In this document: piece after piece, positions 8,876 through 16,115 of the stretch
Layout of the letters: each line of letters opens with the position of its first letter
Numbering within the stretch: position 1 is the stretch's first letter
Origin: Salinispira sp.
GTDB lineage: Bacteria > Spirochaetota > Spirochaetia > DSM-27196 > Salinispiraceae
DNA: 64,000 bases
Direction of reading: 5' to 3'
NCBI GenBank assembly: GCA_965602015.1
Contig: OZ271918.1
Span: 1,792,001-1,856,000 of the forward strand
Notes under the pieces: model-generated
What the model saw: the letters and a program-made list of their open reading frames with translations, nothing else
What the model was told of the DNA's origin: nothing
Databases searched by the model: none
Position numbers and translations under genes: made by a program

Positions 8876-9639
8876 CTCCTTGGATGACAGTAGCGTTTCA
8901 TTTGACGGGGGATGCCGGAGAACTCTATTGCCTCCCGGGGGCAAAGATGGTAGCAGCCCGCGCAGTTGGCGCAGTTATGATTCCAGACCGGATAGCCTGT
9001 TGATGGTGACAGCGAAATATTTTTAGTCGGGCAGACTTTTTCACAGACGCCACATGAGTCGCAGGCTGTATTAACACAAAAAACCTCATCGAGGCGGTGT
9101 TCACGGGACAATTGGTATGGCCCCCGAAAGAGCATATTGGACAGAAAAGACCCCAAAGGATGAAAGCTCATTGAACGGTAATTCTCTATGCCGTTAGACA
9201 CAGCATCTATGATTGTGGAGATTCGTTTTGAAGCCCGCCGGTAGTATGATTGGTGGGATCTTTTTTGGAATGCGGCAATCATCGGATGATTACCTGGCAT
9301 GGGAATCAGAAAGCCCGCGCTGACATCGACGCCTTTGTTACCGAGCCGGTCCGCCAGCATGCTCAGCGCGTCGCCGAACAGCCCCCCGCCGGTCAGGACA
9401 ATAGAGGCATAATCGATTGTGCCGAAATCCATCGTCTCGATGATTTCTTCCACATATACCGGCGGGCGGGCGAAATACACCGGAGAGATAATCCCCAGAA
9501 CATCTGCTTCAATCCTGCCGCCGGAGTATGACAGCGGTTCCGGCCGCGGTGAATCCAACCCTTCGGCCAATTCCTCCGCTACAGCCAGTGAGTTGCCGGT
9601 CCCGCTGAAATAGAGAAGTCTAATTGCTTTTTTACTCAT
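8854..9639 (-). CDS. EFR1-family flavodoxin/4Fe-4S ferredoxin fusion
   Basis: YFSGTGNS flavodoxin loop; CDSCGVCEKVCP and CANCAGCYHLCP clusters; start set at ATG 9639. Confidence 0.88.
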   Translation of the reverse strand: MSKKAIRLLYFSGTGNSLAVAEELAEGLDSPRPEPLSYSGGRIEADVLGIISPVYFARPPVYVEEIIETMDFGTIDYASIVLTGGGLFGDALSMLADRLGNKGVDVSAGFLIPMPGNHPMIAAFQKRSHQSYYRRASKRISTIIDAVSNGIENYRSMSFHPLGSFLSNMLFRGPYQLSREHRLDEVFCVNTACDSCGVCEKVCPTKNISLSPSTGYPVWNHNCANCAGCYHLCPREAIEFSGIPRQMKRYCHPRRHEGAGS

Positions 9640-9781
9640 GTTTGCGCTCCTGCAGAAACTACCGCGCAATGATCGGGATATACAATCAGTAAGGAATAGT
9701 ATCCTGAATGAGGAAGTAAATGCCTGTTCACTTCGAAGTATATTTCATATCATGGATGATTGCCATTCCCAGGAGTCCGCA

Positions 9782-10609
9782 ATGCTGGAAATTCCCGAAG
9801 CCCACACAATCTCGAAGCAAATCGGCGATCGAATAAAAGGAAAGACAATAGCCGAGGTGATTCCGCTGAAATCTCCGAACAAACTCGCCTGGTATAACGG
9901 CGATCCGATGAGATACCCCGCACTTCTCACCGGCCTCACAATAGACACGGCAAAACCGATCGGCGGAATGGTTGAAATCCTTGCCGCTCAAATCTCAATA
10001 ATTCTCAGCGACGGAGTCGCGATCCGCTATTTTGAGCGGGATGAAAAGCCTGCAAAAAAGCATCAATTACTGATCAAATTCACAGACGAGAGTCATCTGT
10101 GCTTTGCAATCCAGATGTACGGCGGTATTATCGCTGTCCCAAAGGATACCTTCGATAACCCGTACTACCTGGCCGCAGTTCACGCTCCATCAATCCTTTC
10201 GGATACATTCGATATGCAGCATTTTCAAAGTCTTGTCGCCTCGGTAACTTCGAAGTCGATGAGCATAAAGGCCTTCCTCGCAACGGAACAGCGGATTCCC
10301 GGCCTGGGCAACGGTTCGCTGCAGGACATTTTATTCAACGCGGGAATCCATCCAAAAAAGAAGCTATCGGACCTGGCGGATTCGGAGGCAGAAACACTTT
10401 TTTATGCGATACGGAGCACCCTTCAGAAAATGATAGAAGATGGCGGTAGAGATACAGAGAAGGATCTCTTTGGCAATGCCGGCGGGTACCACACGATCCT
10501 CAGCAGAAAAACCGTTGGTACACCCTGTCCGCGCTGCGGAACCGAAATTACAAAGGCCCAGTACATGGGCGGCAGCATCTATTTCTGCCCATCATGTCAG
10601 TCGTTGTAA
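9782..10609 (+). CDS. Fpg/Nei-family DNA glycosylase-like protein (endonuclease VIII-like)
   Basis: AGGAG RBS then MLEIPEA; H2TH motif IPGLGNGSLQDILFNAGIHP; C-terminal CPRC...FCPSCQ zinc finger. Confidence 0.85.
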   Translation: MLEIPEAHTISKQIGDRIKGKTIAEVIPLKSPNKLAWYNGDPMRYPALLTGLTIDTAKPIGGMVEILAAQISIILSDGVAIRYFERDEKPAKKHQLLIKFTDESHLCFAIQMYGGIIAVPKDTFDNPYYLAAVHAPSILSDTFDMQHFQSLVASVTSKSMSIKAFLATEQRIPGLGNGSLQDILFNAGIHPKKKLSDLADSEAETLFYAIRSTLQKMIEDGGRDTEKDLFGNAGGYHTILSRKTVGTPCPRCGTEITKAQYMGGSIYFCPSCQSL

Positions 10610-10658
10610 TCCTCTGGCCAAGCGGGACGAAATCTCAATAAATCTACCGATATACCGA

Positions 10659-11606
10659 TCACTTCTTTTCAGAACCGGCTTTGAGAAGCTTTGTAGAATC
10701 AATATTTCTCTTGAGGGATTGCATGAGCAAATCAACAAAACCTTCTCTAAGTGATTCCGGTTGTATGACTTTGACATAGGGTGCCATGGCCAAAAGTTGT
10801 GTATACAGCCACTCGTTCACCTCGAAATACAGGTGTACGATTATCCTTTCATTCTCTACCCGGCAGTTCATCGGTCCGATAAAATCGGGCAATATATGCT
10901 GATTGTTGCGGTCTATTTCGAGGATGATTTTTTCCCGCACCCCGACATCTCTCCCGCTCTCCCATGGTAATTCCTCAGGCAGGTCTCTCACCCGGAATCT
11001 TTCATTCAAAAGCCTGCATTCGGCTATTCTGCCCAGCTTGAACATCCTGAAATCCGAACGGAGGTCGCAATATCCGAAGCTGTACCAGCGCGAGTCGATT
11101 AATACCAAGCTGTAGGGACAGAAGGTCCGCATAGTTATGGTAAATCGCACATCAAGGTAGGTCAATTCGACCTTGCGCTGTTCGTCTCGTGCTTTTGAAA
11201 GGACCGATAGATTTTTTTTCAAATCACTAGCTGAGTGGGCGGGATTTACCTGGACAAAAAGCTTGGAGTCTTTGATATCGTGAGCATCGAGGCTTGAAAA
11301 CTTCTGGTAGATCGAACTCACTTCGGCATGCGGCATGTGCGATTCGAGCTCCTTGAGAAAGGCGTAAAGCACTCCTGCTTCATTCTTGCTGAGAAAGCCC
11401 TTATCAAGCCTGAAACTATCATGCAGCTGATACCCTCCATGTACACCAACATCGGCATAGAGAGGAACACCGGCCATGGTAAGAGTATCGAGATCTCGCT
11501 GGATGGTACGGACAGAGACTTCAAAGTGTTCTGCGAGCTCCCTGGCGGTGACCTTCTTGGCGTTTATCAGCATCATCAGGATACCAATCAGTCTGTCGAT
11601 CTTCAT
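10659..11606 (-). CDS. YafY-family HTH-WYL-WCX transcriptional regulator
   Basis: MKIDRL, VTARELAEHFEVSVRTIQRD, WYSFGYCDLRSDFRMFKLGRI. Confidence 0.92.
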   Translation of the reverse strand: MKIDRLIGILMMLINAKKVTARELAEHFEVSVRTIQRDLDTLTMAGVPLYADVGVHGGYQLHDSFRLDKGFLSKNEAGVLYAFLKELESHMPHAEVSSIYQKFSSLDAHDIKDSKLFVQVNPAHSASDLKKNLSVLSKARDEQRKVELTYLDVRFTITMRTFCPYSLVLIDSRWYSFGYCDLRSDFRMFKLGRIAECRLLNERFRVRDLPEELPWESGRDVGVREKIILEIDRNNQHILPDFIGPMNCRVENERIIVHLYFEVNEWLYTQLLAMAPYVKVIQPESLREGFVDLLMQSLKRNIDSTKLLKAGSEKK

Positions 11607-11640
11607 GCCCAAGGAGTCCTCATATACAAGCGGATACCTG

Positions 11641-11669
11641 ATTATAGAAGCGTCGATTTCCGTCGGCAA
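11641..11669 (-). promoter_or_regulatory. Sigma-70 promoter of the WYL gene
   Basis: TTGCCG-17 nt-TATAAT on the minus strand. Confidence 0.6.
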
Positions 11670-11752
11670 GGGTGCAGATATGGATCCCTGGCCATATTCA
11701 CGGACTCATCCGCGGCCACATCTTCCCATAGTCATCACCGGCTGCGCGTGTT

Positions 11753-12223
11753 TTACTTCGCAGTGTTATTCATAAAATCAACCTCATACCTCTGCTCGTT
11801 GTATCGCTGCTCGTGGTCGATAATCCTAGCATTGGTTAGGGTGATGCGCAAAACGATTGAATCCGGATTGTCCTCATCGCCGTGATGATCAAACCAGTCG
11901 AAGTACTGTTTCATTTTCCTGCGGATGTCAGCATTCTTTTCATCTTTGACCCAACCAAGGTTTTCGGCTATTCCGTCGGCGGTAAACCAGTCCAGCCCGG
12001 CAATCGCGACTTCATTATTTTTCGAAATCTCCAGCGTTTTACGACTTGATAACGATGAAGATACATAAAACCGCCCGTCCTCATAATAGGCATCGACCAT
12101 CCGGACCTGGGGGCGGGGCTTTTCGCTCGGTAAAAGAGACATCGTGGATAAGGCGATAACATTGTCCTTACCCTTTCCACAAAGCTCATCCAATAGCTTG
12201 ATGGCCTTTTCATACTTTTCCAT
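11753..12223 (-). CDS. Pyridoxamine 5'-phosphate oxidase-like (split-barrel FMN-binding) protein
   Basis: IALST, PQVRMVDAYYEDGRFYV, K..EISKNNEVA; AAGGGAG RBS before ATG 12223. Confidence 0.8.
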   Translation of the reverse strand: MEKYEKAIKLLDELCGKGKDNVIALSTMSLLPSEKPRPQVRMVDAYYEDGRFYVSSSLSSRKTLEISKNNEVAIAGLDWFTADGIAENLGWVKDEKNADIRRKMKQYFDWFDHHGDEDNPDSIVLRITLTNARIIDHEQRYNEQRYEVDFMNNTAK

Positions 12224-12255
12224 ACGTAACTCCCTTACGTTCACATTACAGATTT

Positions 12256-12275
12256 TACGACCTGTACACGTCGCA
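12256..12275. promoter_or_regulatory. Candidate WYL operator (TACGAC-N8-GTCGCA)
   Basis: Inverted repeat about 30 nt upstream of the PNPOx-like start; same geometry as 13461-13480. Confidence 0.5.
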
Positions 12276-12280
12276 CATGG

Positions 12281-13411
12281 TCATCTTTGACAGGCATATT
12301 CTTTTGCAAGCCATTTGTTGATGTAATGGCTACGTTCGAGGATCGAATCGTCCAAAGCGAGGCGGATCCCCTGACAACCCACCTGGCAGGGTTCATCCCG
12401 CAGTGTCCTGTCGCAGCCATACCCCCGGATAATTCGTTCCCGTAATGCGGGCGGAAATGTTTCGATGAGGTCCCCGTATGTATCTGCTTTTTTTGGCCGT
12501 ACCACGAGGCAGTATCCGTGCCTTGTGGAAAGCGAAAACTCCCACATTCTACGCTTGTACACATCTCGGGATGAAAGGTTTTGCCCGGTGTTTTTTCGCT
12601 GTGCATACGCAATGTGGGCTTCGAACGGGGACATGATTGCGGTACAAGTCATCCCCAAATCCACGTGCCGCTGGTGCAACTCGAGGGCGAACTCACTGAC
12701 ATGTTCGGGCAAGGGATGCACGAAGTTTTTTACTATCTCGATGTTATCACTGCCTTCGGCTTTGAGAAGATGATAATCGCAGCGCAGGAGATTGTCGCGA
12801 TTATTATCGTTCTTATAGCGCTTGATTCTGAGATCTCTGTCCGCAATCGAAAGGGCCTTGAGCCCGATTAACAGGAGAGGCGCTTTCGGGTATGTAACTG
12901 AAATTGGCGGCAGTTCCGCCGTCGGAAGCCTGTTCATCGTTACATCAATGCCGATAAAAGCGAATCCGCAGAGAGCTAAAAACCTCATACATAACAGAAG
13001 TTTTGAGGAAGAGTTCTTTGGTTTTCCTGTACTTTTGCTTTTTACTGGAATGGCGACAAACGAAGGGAGCTGATTAATCCGTAAAGCATCGCCGTCTTGA
13101 ATCCCGTAGTACCCGATGTCGGACAGCAGATCTGCGATTGTTAACAGAAAAGGATAATCGCCTGCACTCCGCGGTTTGCTCGGCACAGAGAAATAGTCTT
13201 GGCCGTCGTACATGAGACGATCAAAAAACCGGAGCAGGAAATCTCTGTACGAAACAACCCCATCTCGAATATCGGCTTCAGCTGCTACATGGTCAAAGCA
13301 GGGTCTCAGCGCGTAGTCCGCAGGTATACTCACCGGCACGAGATTTTTTATGAACTGAGCGATTTCACCGACAGATTGTGAAGACAAAAAATCGCCATGT
13401 CCGTTGCTCAT
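12281..13411 (-). CDS. Hypothetical protein (376 aa) with C-terminal C-x8-C-x3-C motif
   Basis: Long ORF with GGAGG RBS; no family recognised. Confidence 0.75.
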   Translation of the reverse strand: MSNGHGDFLSSQSVGEIAQFIKNLVPVSIPADYALRPCFDHVAAEADIRDGVVSYRDFLLRFFDRLMYDGQDYFSVPSKPRSAGDYPFLLTIADLLSDIGYYGIQDGDALRINQLPSFVAIPVKSKSTGKPKNSSSKLLLCMRFLALCGFAFIGIDVTMNRLPTAELPPISVTYPKAPLLLIGLKALSIADRDLRIKRYKNDNNRDNLLRCDYHLLKAEGSDNIEIVKNFVHPLPEHVSEFALELHQRHVDLGMTCTAIMSPFEAHIAYAQRKNTGQNLSSRDVYKRRMWEFSLSTRHGYCLVVRPKKADTYGDLIETFPPALRERIIRGYGCDRTLRDEPCQVGCQGIRLALDDSILERSHYINKWLAKEYACQR

Positions 13412-13457
13412 CTGTGTAATCCTCCATCCTTTACGTTGATTCGAATCATAGAGGATG

Positions 13458-13483
13458 AATTATGACAACGTCATGTCGTAATT
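13458..13483. promoter_or_regulatory. Candidate WYL operator palindrome AATTATGACA-ACGTCA-TGTCGTAATT
   Basis: 10-bp arms with 1 mismatch; TATGAT -10 box at 13445-13450 on the minus strand. Confidence 0.6.
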
Positions 13484-13742
13484 GCGCTCATTTAGTATAA
13501 AAATATCGATTTTTTTCTGTGCCCGGCTCAGCTCGACGAGTAGTCGTCCTCCCGGTGCGCCGTCTCGTCGCTTGCCGCGCCTATCCGGGCGCTTGTCCTT
13601 GCTATTTGCTCGGAGGCTCAATTCGAGATTGTTCCTCGCTGGGAGGCTGCGGTAGGACCCGATTATCGCTTCGAGTCCCGTCCCTATATCTATATGCAAC
13701 AAAATCCATGGCCCTTCGGTACATGGATTTTGATGTGATCGG

Positions 13743-13784
13743 CCCTGGTCGGCAGCTTAGCTGCCTGCTCGGGCAAGCTGCCTC
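13743..13784. repeat. Single REP-like copy of the 43-bp array motif
   Basis: CCCTGGTCGGCAGCTTAGCTGCCTGCTC is identical to array units 2 and 5. Confidence 0.9.
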
Positions 13785-13923
13785 GGTGGCGGGACTCCGC
13801 TCTGGTCGCTGACTTCCTATCAGCTCCCTGCGCGCCGCCTCCGTGGCTAATCCGCCATCCCTGGCGGATTGCGCTCCCTATTCGGTCGCGCCGCTCCTCC
13901 GGTTCGAGTCCCGTCCCTATATA

Positions 13924-13962
13924 CAACAAAATCCATGGCCCTTCGGACCATGGATTTTGTTG
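13924..13962 (-). terminator. Hairpin downstream of tRNA-Pro
   Basis: Perfect 15-bp stem CAACAAAATCCATGG / CCATGGATTTTGTTG. Confidence 0.7.
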
Positions 13963-13965
13963 TCA

Positions 13966-14038
13966 TCGGGGTGGCGGGACTCGAACCCGCGGCCTCGTCG
14001 TCCCGAACGACGCGCGCTAGCCACTGCGCTACACCCCG
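13966..14038 (-). tRNA. tRNA-Pro (CGG)
   Basis: CGGGGTGTAGCGCAG...CGTCG-TT-CGG-GA-CGACG...GGTTCGAGTCCCGCCACCCCGA; CCA not encoded. Confidence 0.96.
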
Positions 14039-14107
14039 TTAGATGACCGCGGCGGTATGCCGCGGTATCGATTTATATAATATCCTCCAGAGCTATTCTG
14101 AAGGGGT

Positions 14108-14150
14108 AAAAAAAGGGATGATCTGGAGGCTTTCCTCTCGATCATCCCTT
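14108..14150 (-). terminator. Rho-independent terminator after tRNA-Asp
   Basis: AAGGGATGATC / GATCATCCCTT stem with a T run on the minus strand. Confidence 0.7.
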
Positions 14151-14152
14151 TA

Positions 14153-14226
14153 CGGGAGCGACGGGACTTGAACCCGCGACCTCCGGCTTGACAGGCCGGC
14201 GTTCTAACCAGCTGAACTACACCCCC
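14153..14226 (-). tRNA. tRNA-Asp (GTC)
   Basis: GGGGGTGTAGTTCAGCTGGTTAGAAC...CCGGC-CT-GTC-AA-GCCGG...GGTTCAAGTCCC. Confidence 0.96.
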
Positions 14227-14261
14227 GTTCAGATCCGGGCTAATCGCCCGAATGCTCACGC

Positions 14262-14291
14262 AATATACATGGAACGCCGTTTTGCTGTCAA
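14262..14291 (-). promoter_or_regulatory. Sigma-70 promoter of tRNA-Asp
   Basis: TTGACA-18 nt-TATATT. Confidence 0.65.
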
Positions 14292-14413
14292 CCGATTAAA
14301 TCGAAAAAGATTCCCTTTTTTGCGGGCTTTTACCGGCCGACCGGACTTCATGTATTTGCTTCTGACCGGCCCGGATCGGGTCAGAACGGCTTATCCACGA
14401 CGGTCGATCTCAA

Positions 14414-14442
14414 TTGACATTGGTACTTTGCCGTGGTATTTT
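14414..14442 (+). promoter_or_regulatory. Sigma-70 promoter of the PPIase gene
   Basis: TTGACA-17 nt-TATTTT with extended TG. Confidence 0.55.
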
Positions 14443-14525
14443 TTTCAATCTAATTTATTTCACTCACGGGTGCTGGGGTTTTCCCCCGTTTTTGCGCCTG
14501 TAATTCACTACTGAGGAACACATAC

Positions 14526-16049
14526 ATGCCCTCCAAAAAGAATAATCTCAAAAATTCCGAAGAAAAGGTGCAGACGGCGGCCATGCGCCACCCTGCCCTG
14601 TACGCTCTTTCCATTATCGTGCTGGTGGTGATCATCGCGGCATTTATAATCGGGCCCATTCTGGGTCAGGGTGCTGCCAATCCGAACTCCACTGTGTTCG
14701 GGGTTTTCCGGGGCGAAAAAATCGAGTTTGCCCAGGGCAGCTACTTTGTGCGGGCCTATCAGGGTCAGTTGGATCAGCTTCAGCAGCAGGCCGAAGAAAA
14801 CGGCAGCACCGTCGGACTTCAACAGGTATATACCGCCGCCCGAAACGCCTATGACTCCACGGTTTTTCGCCTTGCCCTCATTGATGAAGCCCGCAGGGCG
14901 GGAATGGTCGTTTCCACCCGCGAGGTGATCGAGACCCTCGCAAATGCGCCGGGTTTCCGGGACGAGAACGGCGATTTTTCTTCTGAACTGCTGCAGTCCG
15001 CCCTGGCGAATAATCCGAACCTCCGCGAGACAGTTCGGGAAGATATCATCTTTGACAAAGCTCAGCAGGATATGCTTTCCCGGGCAAATCTCAGCGATGC
15101 TGAGGTTGAGTTCATCGCCTCAATGGGTGATCCGCGCCGCATTTTCGATGTTGTGAGTTTTGATTTCACCGATTTTCCCGACGATCAGCTCCAAGCTTAC
15201 CTCGAAAATAACGGCGAACTGTTCCGAAACGTAGAAATTTCTTCCATTACCCTGGATTCTTTAGAGGAAGCCGAAGAACTACTTGCGAGACTTGAAACCG
15301 GCGAAGAAAGCTTCGAAGATCTTGCGGCTACGCTGAGCACGGATTTCTTTTCCGCTGAAGGCGGATCCCGTGGAACCGTATGGTTCTACGACATTCAGCG
15401 GGATTTTGAAGATGAAAGCGCCGCACAGCTCCTCTTTTCCCAGCCGGTAGGCGAGGCCGGAGAGATTTTTGCCGTCAGAGGGGAGAAGTTCGCGGTGTTC
15501 CGCTTGGACAGTGAAGTCCGGCAACCCGACCCGGAAAACCGTGATGTCCTCGAGCAGGTTAAGGGCTATGTTCTCAGCCTTGAACGGGGTCTTGTCTCGG
15601 ACTATTTCCGTGAGGAAGCCGAGGAGCTTTCCCGGCGCATCCAGGAAATCGGCTGGGCATCTGCCCTTGTGGAATCCGGCCTTGAAGCCGCTACCACCAG
15701 CGCCGTTGGTATGAACTACGGTGATCTGCCGCTGTTTCCCAACTACGAGTCGGTGAGTGCGGGAGTACTTTCCGGAGTTTCCAGCAGGGAAACCCTTATT
15801 GCCGATTTGTTTTCCCTCGATTTGGGTCAGGTTAGCGAACCGGTACAGCTCCGCGACCGGGTAGTCCTGGTACGCTACGCCGAAGAAGGAGAGCAGACCA
15901 CAGGTCAGAACGATTTTCTCCGGCTCTACATTCCCTTCCTCGCTCAGGAATATCTCACAGCGGAAATGCAGCGCAGCTATTCATCACCGGAAAATCTTCG
16001 GGACAATTTTGACGATACCTTCACCACCCTATTTATGGGATCGAACTAA
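14526..16049 (+). CDS. SurA N-terminal domain / PpiD-like peptidyl-prolyl isomerase chaperone
   Basis: N-terminal TM anchor; PGFRDENGDFS; parvulin-like SFEDLAATLSTD...GGSRG. Confidence 0.8.
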   Translation: MPSKKNNLKNSEEKVQTAAMRHPALYALSIIVLVVIIAAFIIGPILGQGAANPNSTVFGVFRGEKIEFAQGSYFVRAYQGQLDQLQQQAEENGSTVGLQQVYTAARNAYDSTVFRLALIDEARRAGMVVSTREVIETLANAPGFRDENGDFSSELLQSALANNPNLRETVREDIIFDKAQQDMLSRANLSDAEVEFIASMGDPRRIFDVVSFDFTDFPDDQLQAYLENNGELFRNVEISSITLDSLEEAEELLARLETGEESFEDLAATLSTDFFSAEGGSRGTVWFYDIQRDFEDESAAQLLFSQPVGEAGEIFAVRGEKFAVFRLDSEVRQPDPENRDVLEQVKGYVLSLERGLVSDYFREEAEELSRRIQEIGWASALVESGLEAATTSAVGMNYGDLPLFPNYESVSAGVLSGVSSRETLIADLFSLDLGQVSEPVQLRDRVVLVRYAEEGEQTTGQNDFLRLYIPFLAQEYLTAEMQRSYSSPENLRDNFDDTFTTLFMGSN

Positions 16050-16067
16050 GCAAAATGGTGAAATAGT

Positions 16068-16098
16068 AAACCGGCTGGAGACAGCCGGTTTTTTTTTT
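16068..16098 (+). terminator. Rho-independent terminator
   Basis: CCGGCTG-GAGA-CAGCCGG followed by T10. Confidence 0.85.
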
Positions 16099-16115
16099 GC
16101 TATTCTGTTTTCCGA

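Larger units (their letters stand above)
13670..13969. repeat. tRNA-linked direct repeats (13670-13742 and 13903-13969) with a duplicated tRNA-Pro 3' end
   Basis: Both copies read TTCGAGTCCCGTCCCTATA...CAACAAAATCCATGGCCCTTCGG..CATGGATTTTG.TGT.ATCGG; GGTGGCGGGACTC occurs at 13785-13797 and 13970-13982. Confidence 0.9.

Noticed and set aside
13901..13917. Additional plus-strand tRNA (GGTTCGAGTCCC, also partly at 13670)
   Set aside because: Only a T-arm-like segment; no D arm, anticodon arm or acceptor stem.
8450..14040. Prophage, ICE or IS element at tRNA-Pro
   Set aside because: No integrase, transposase or phage gene is recognisable in any ORF here.
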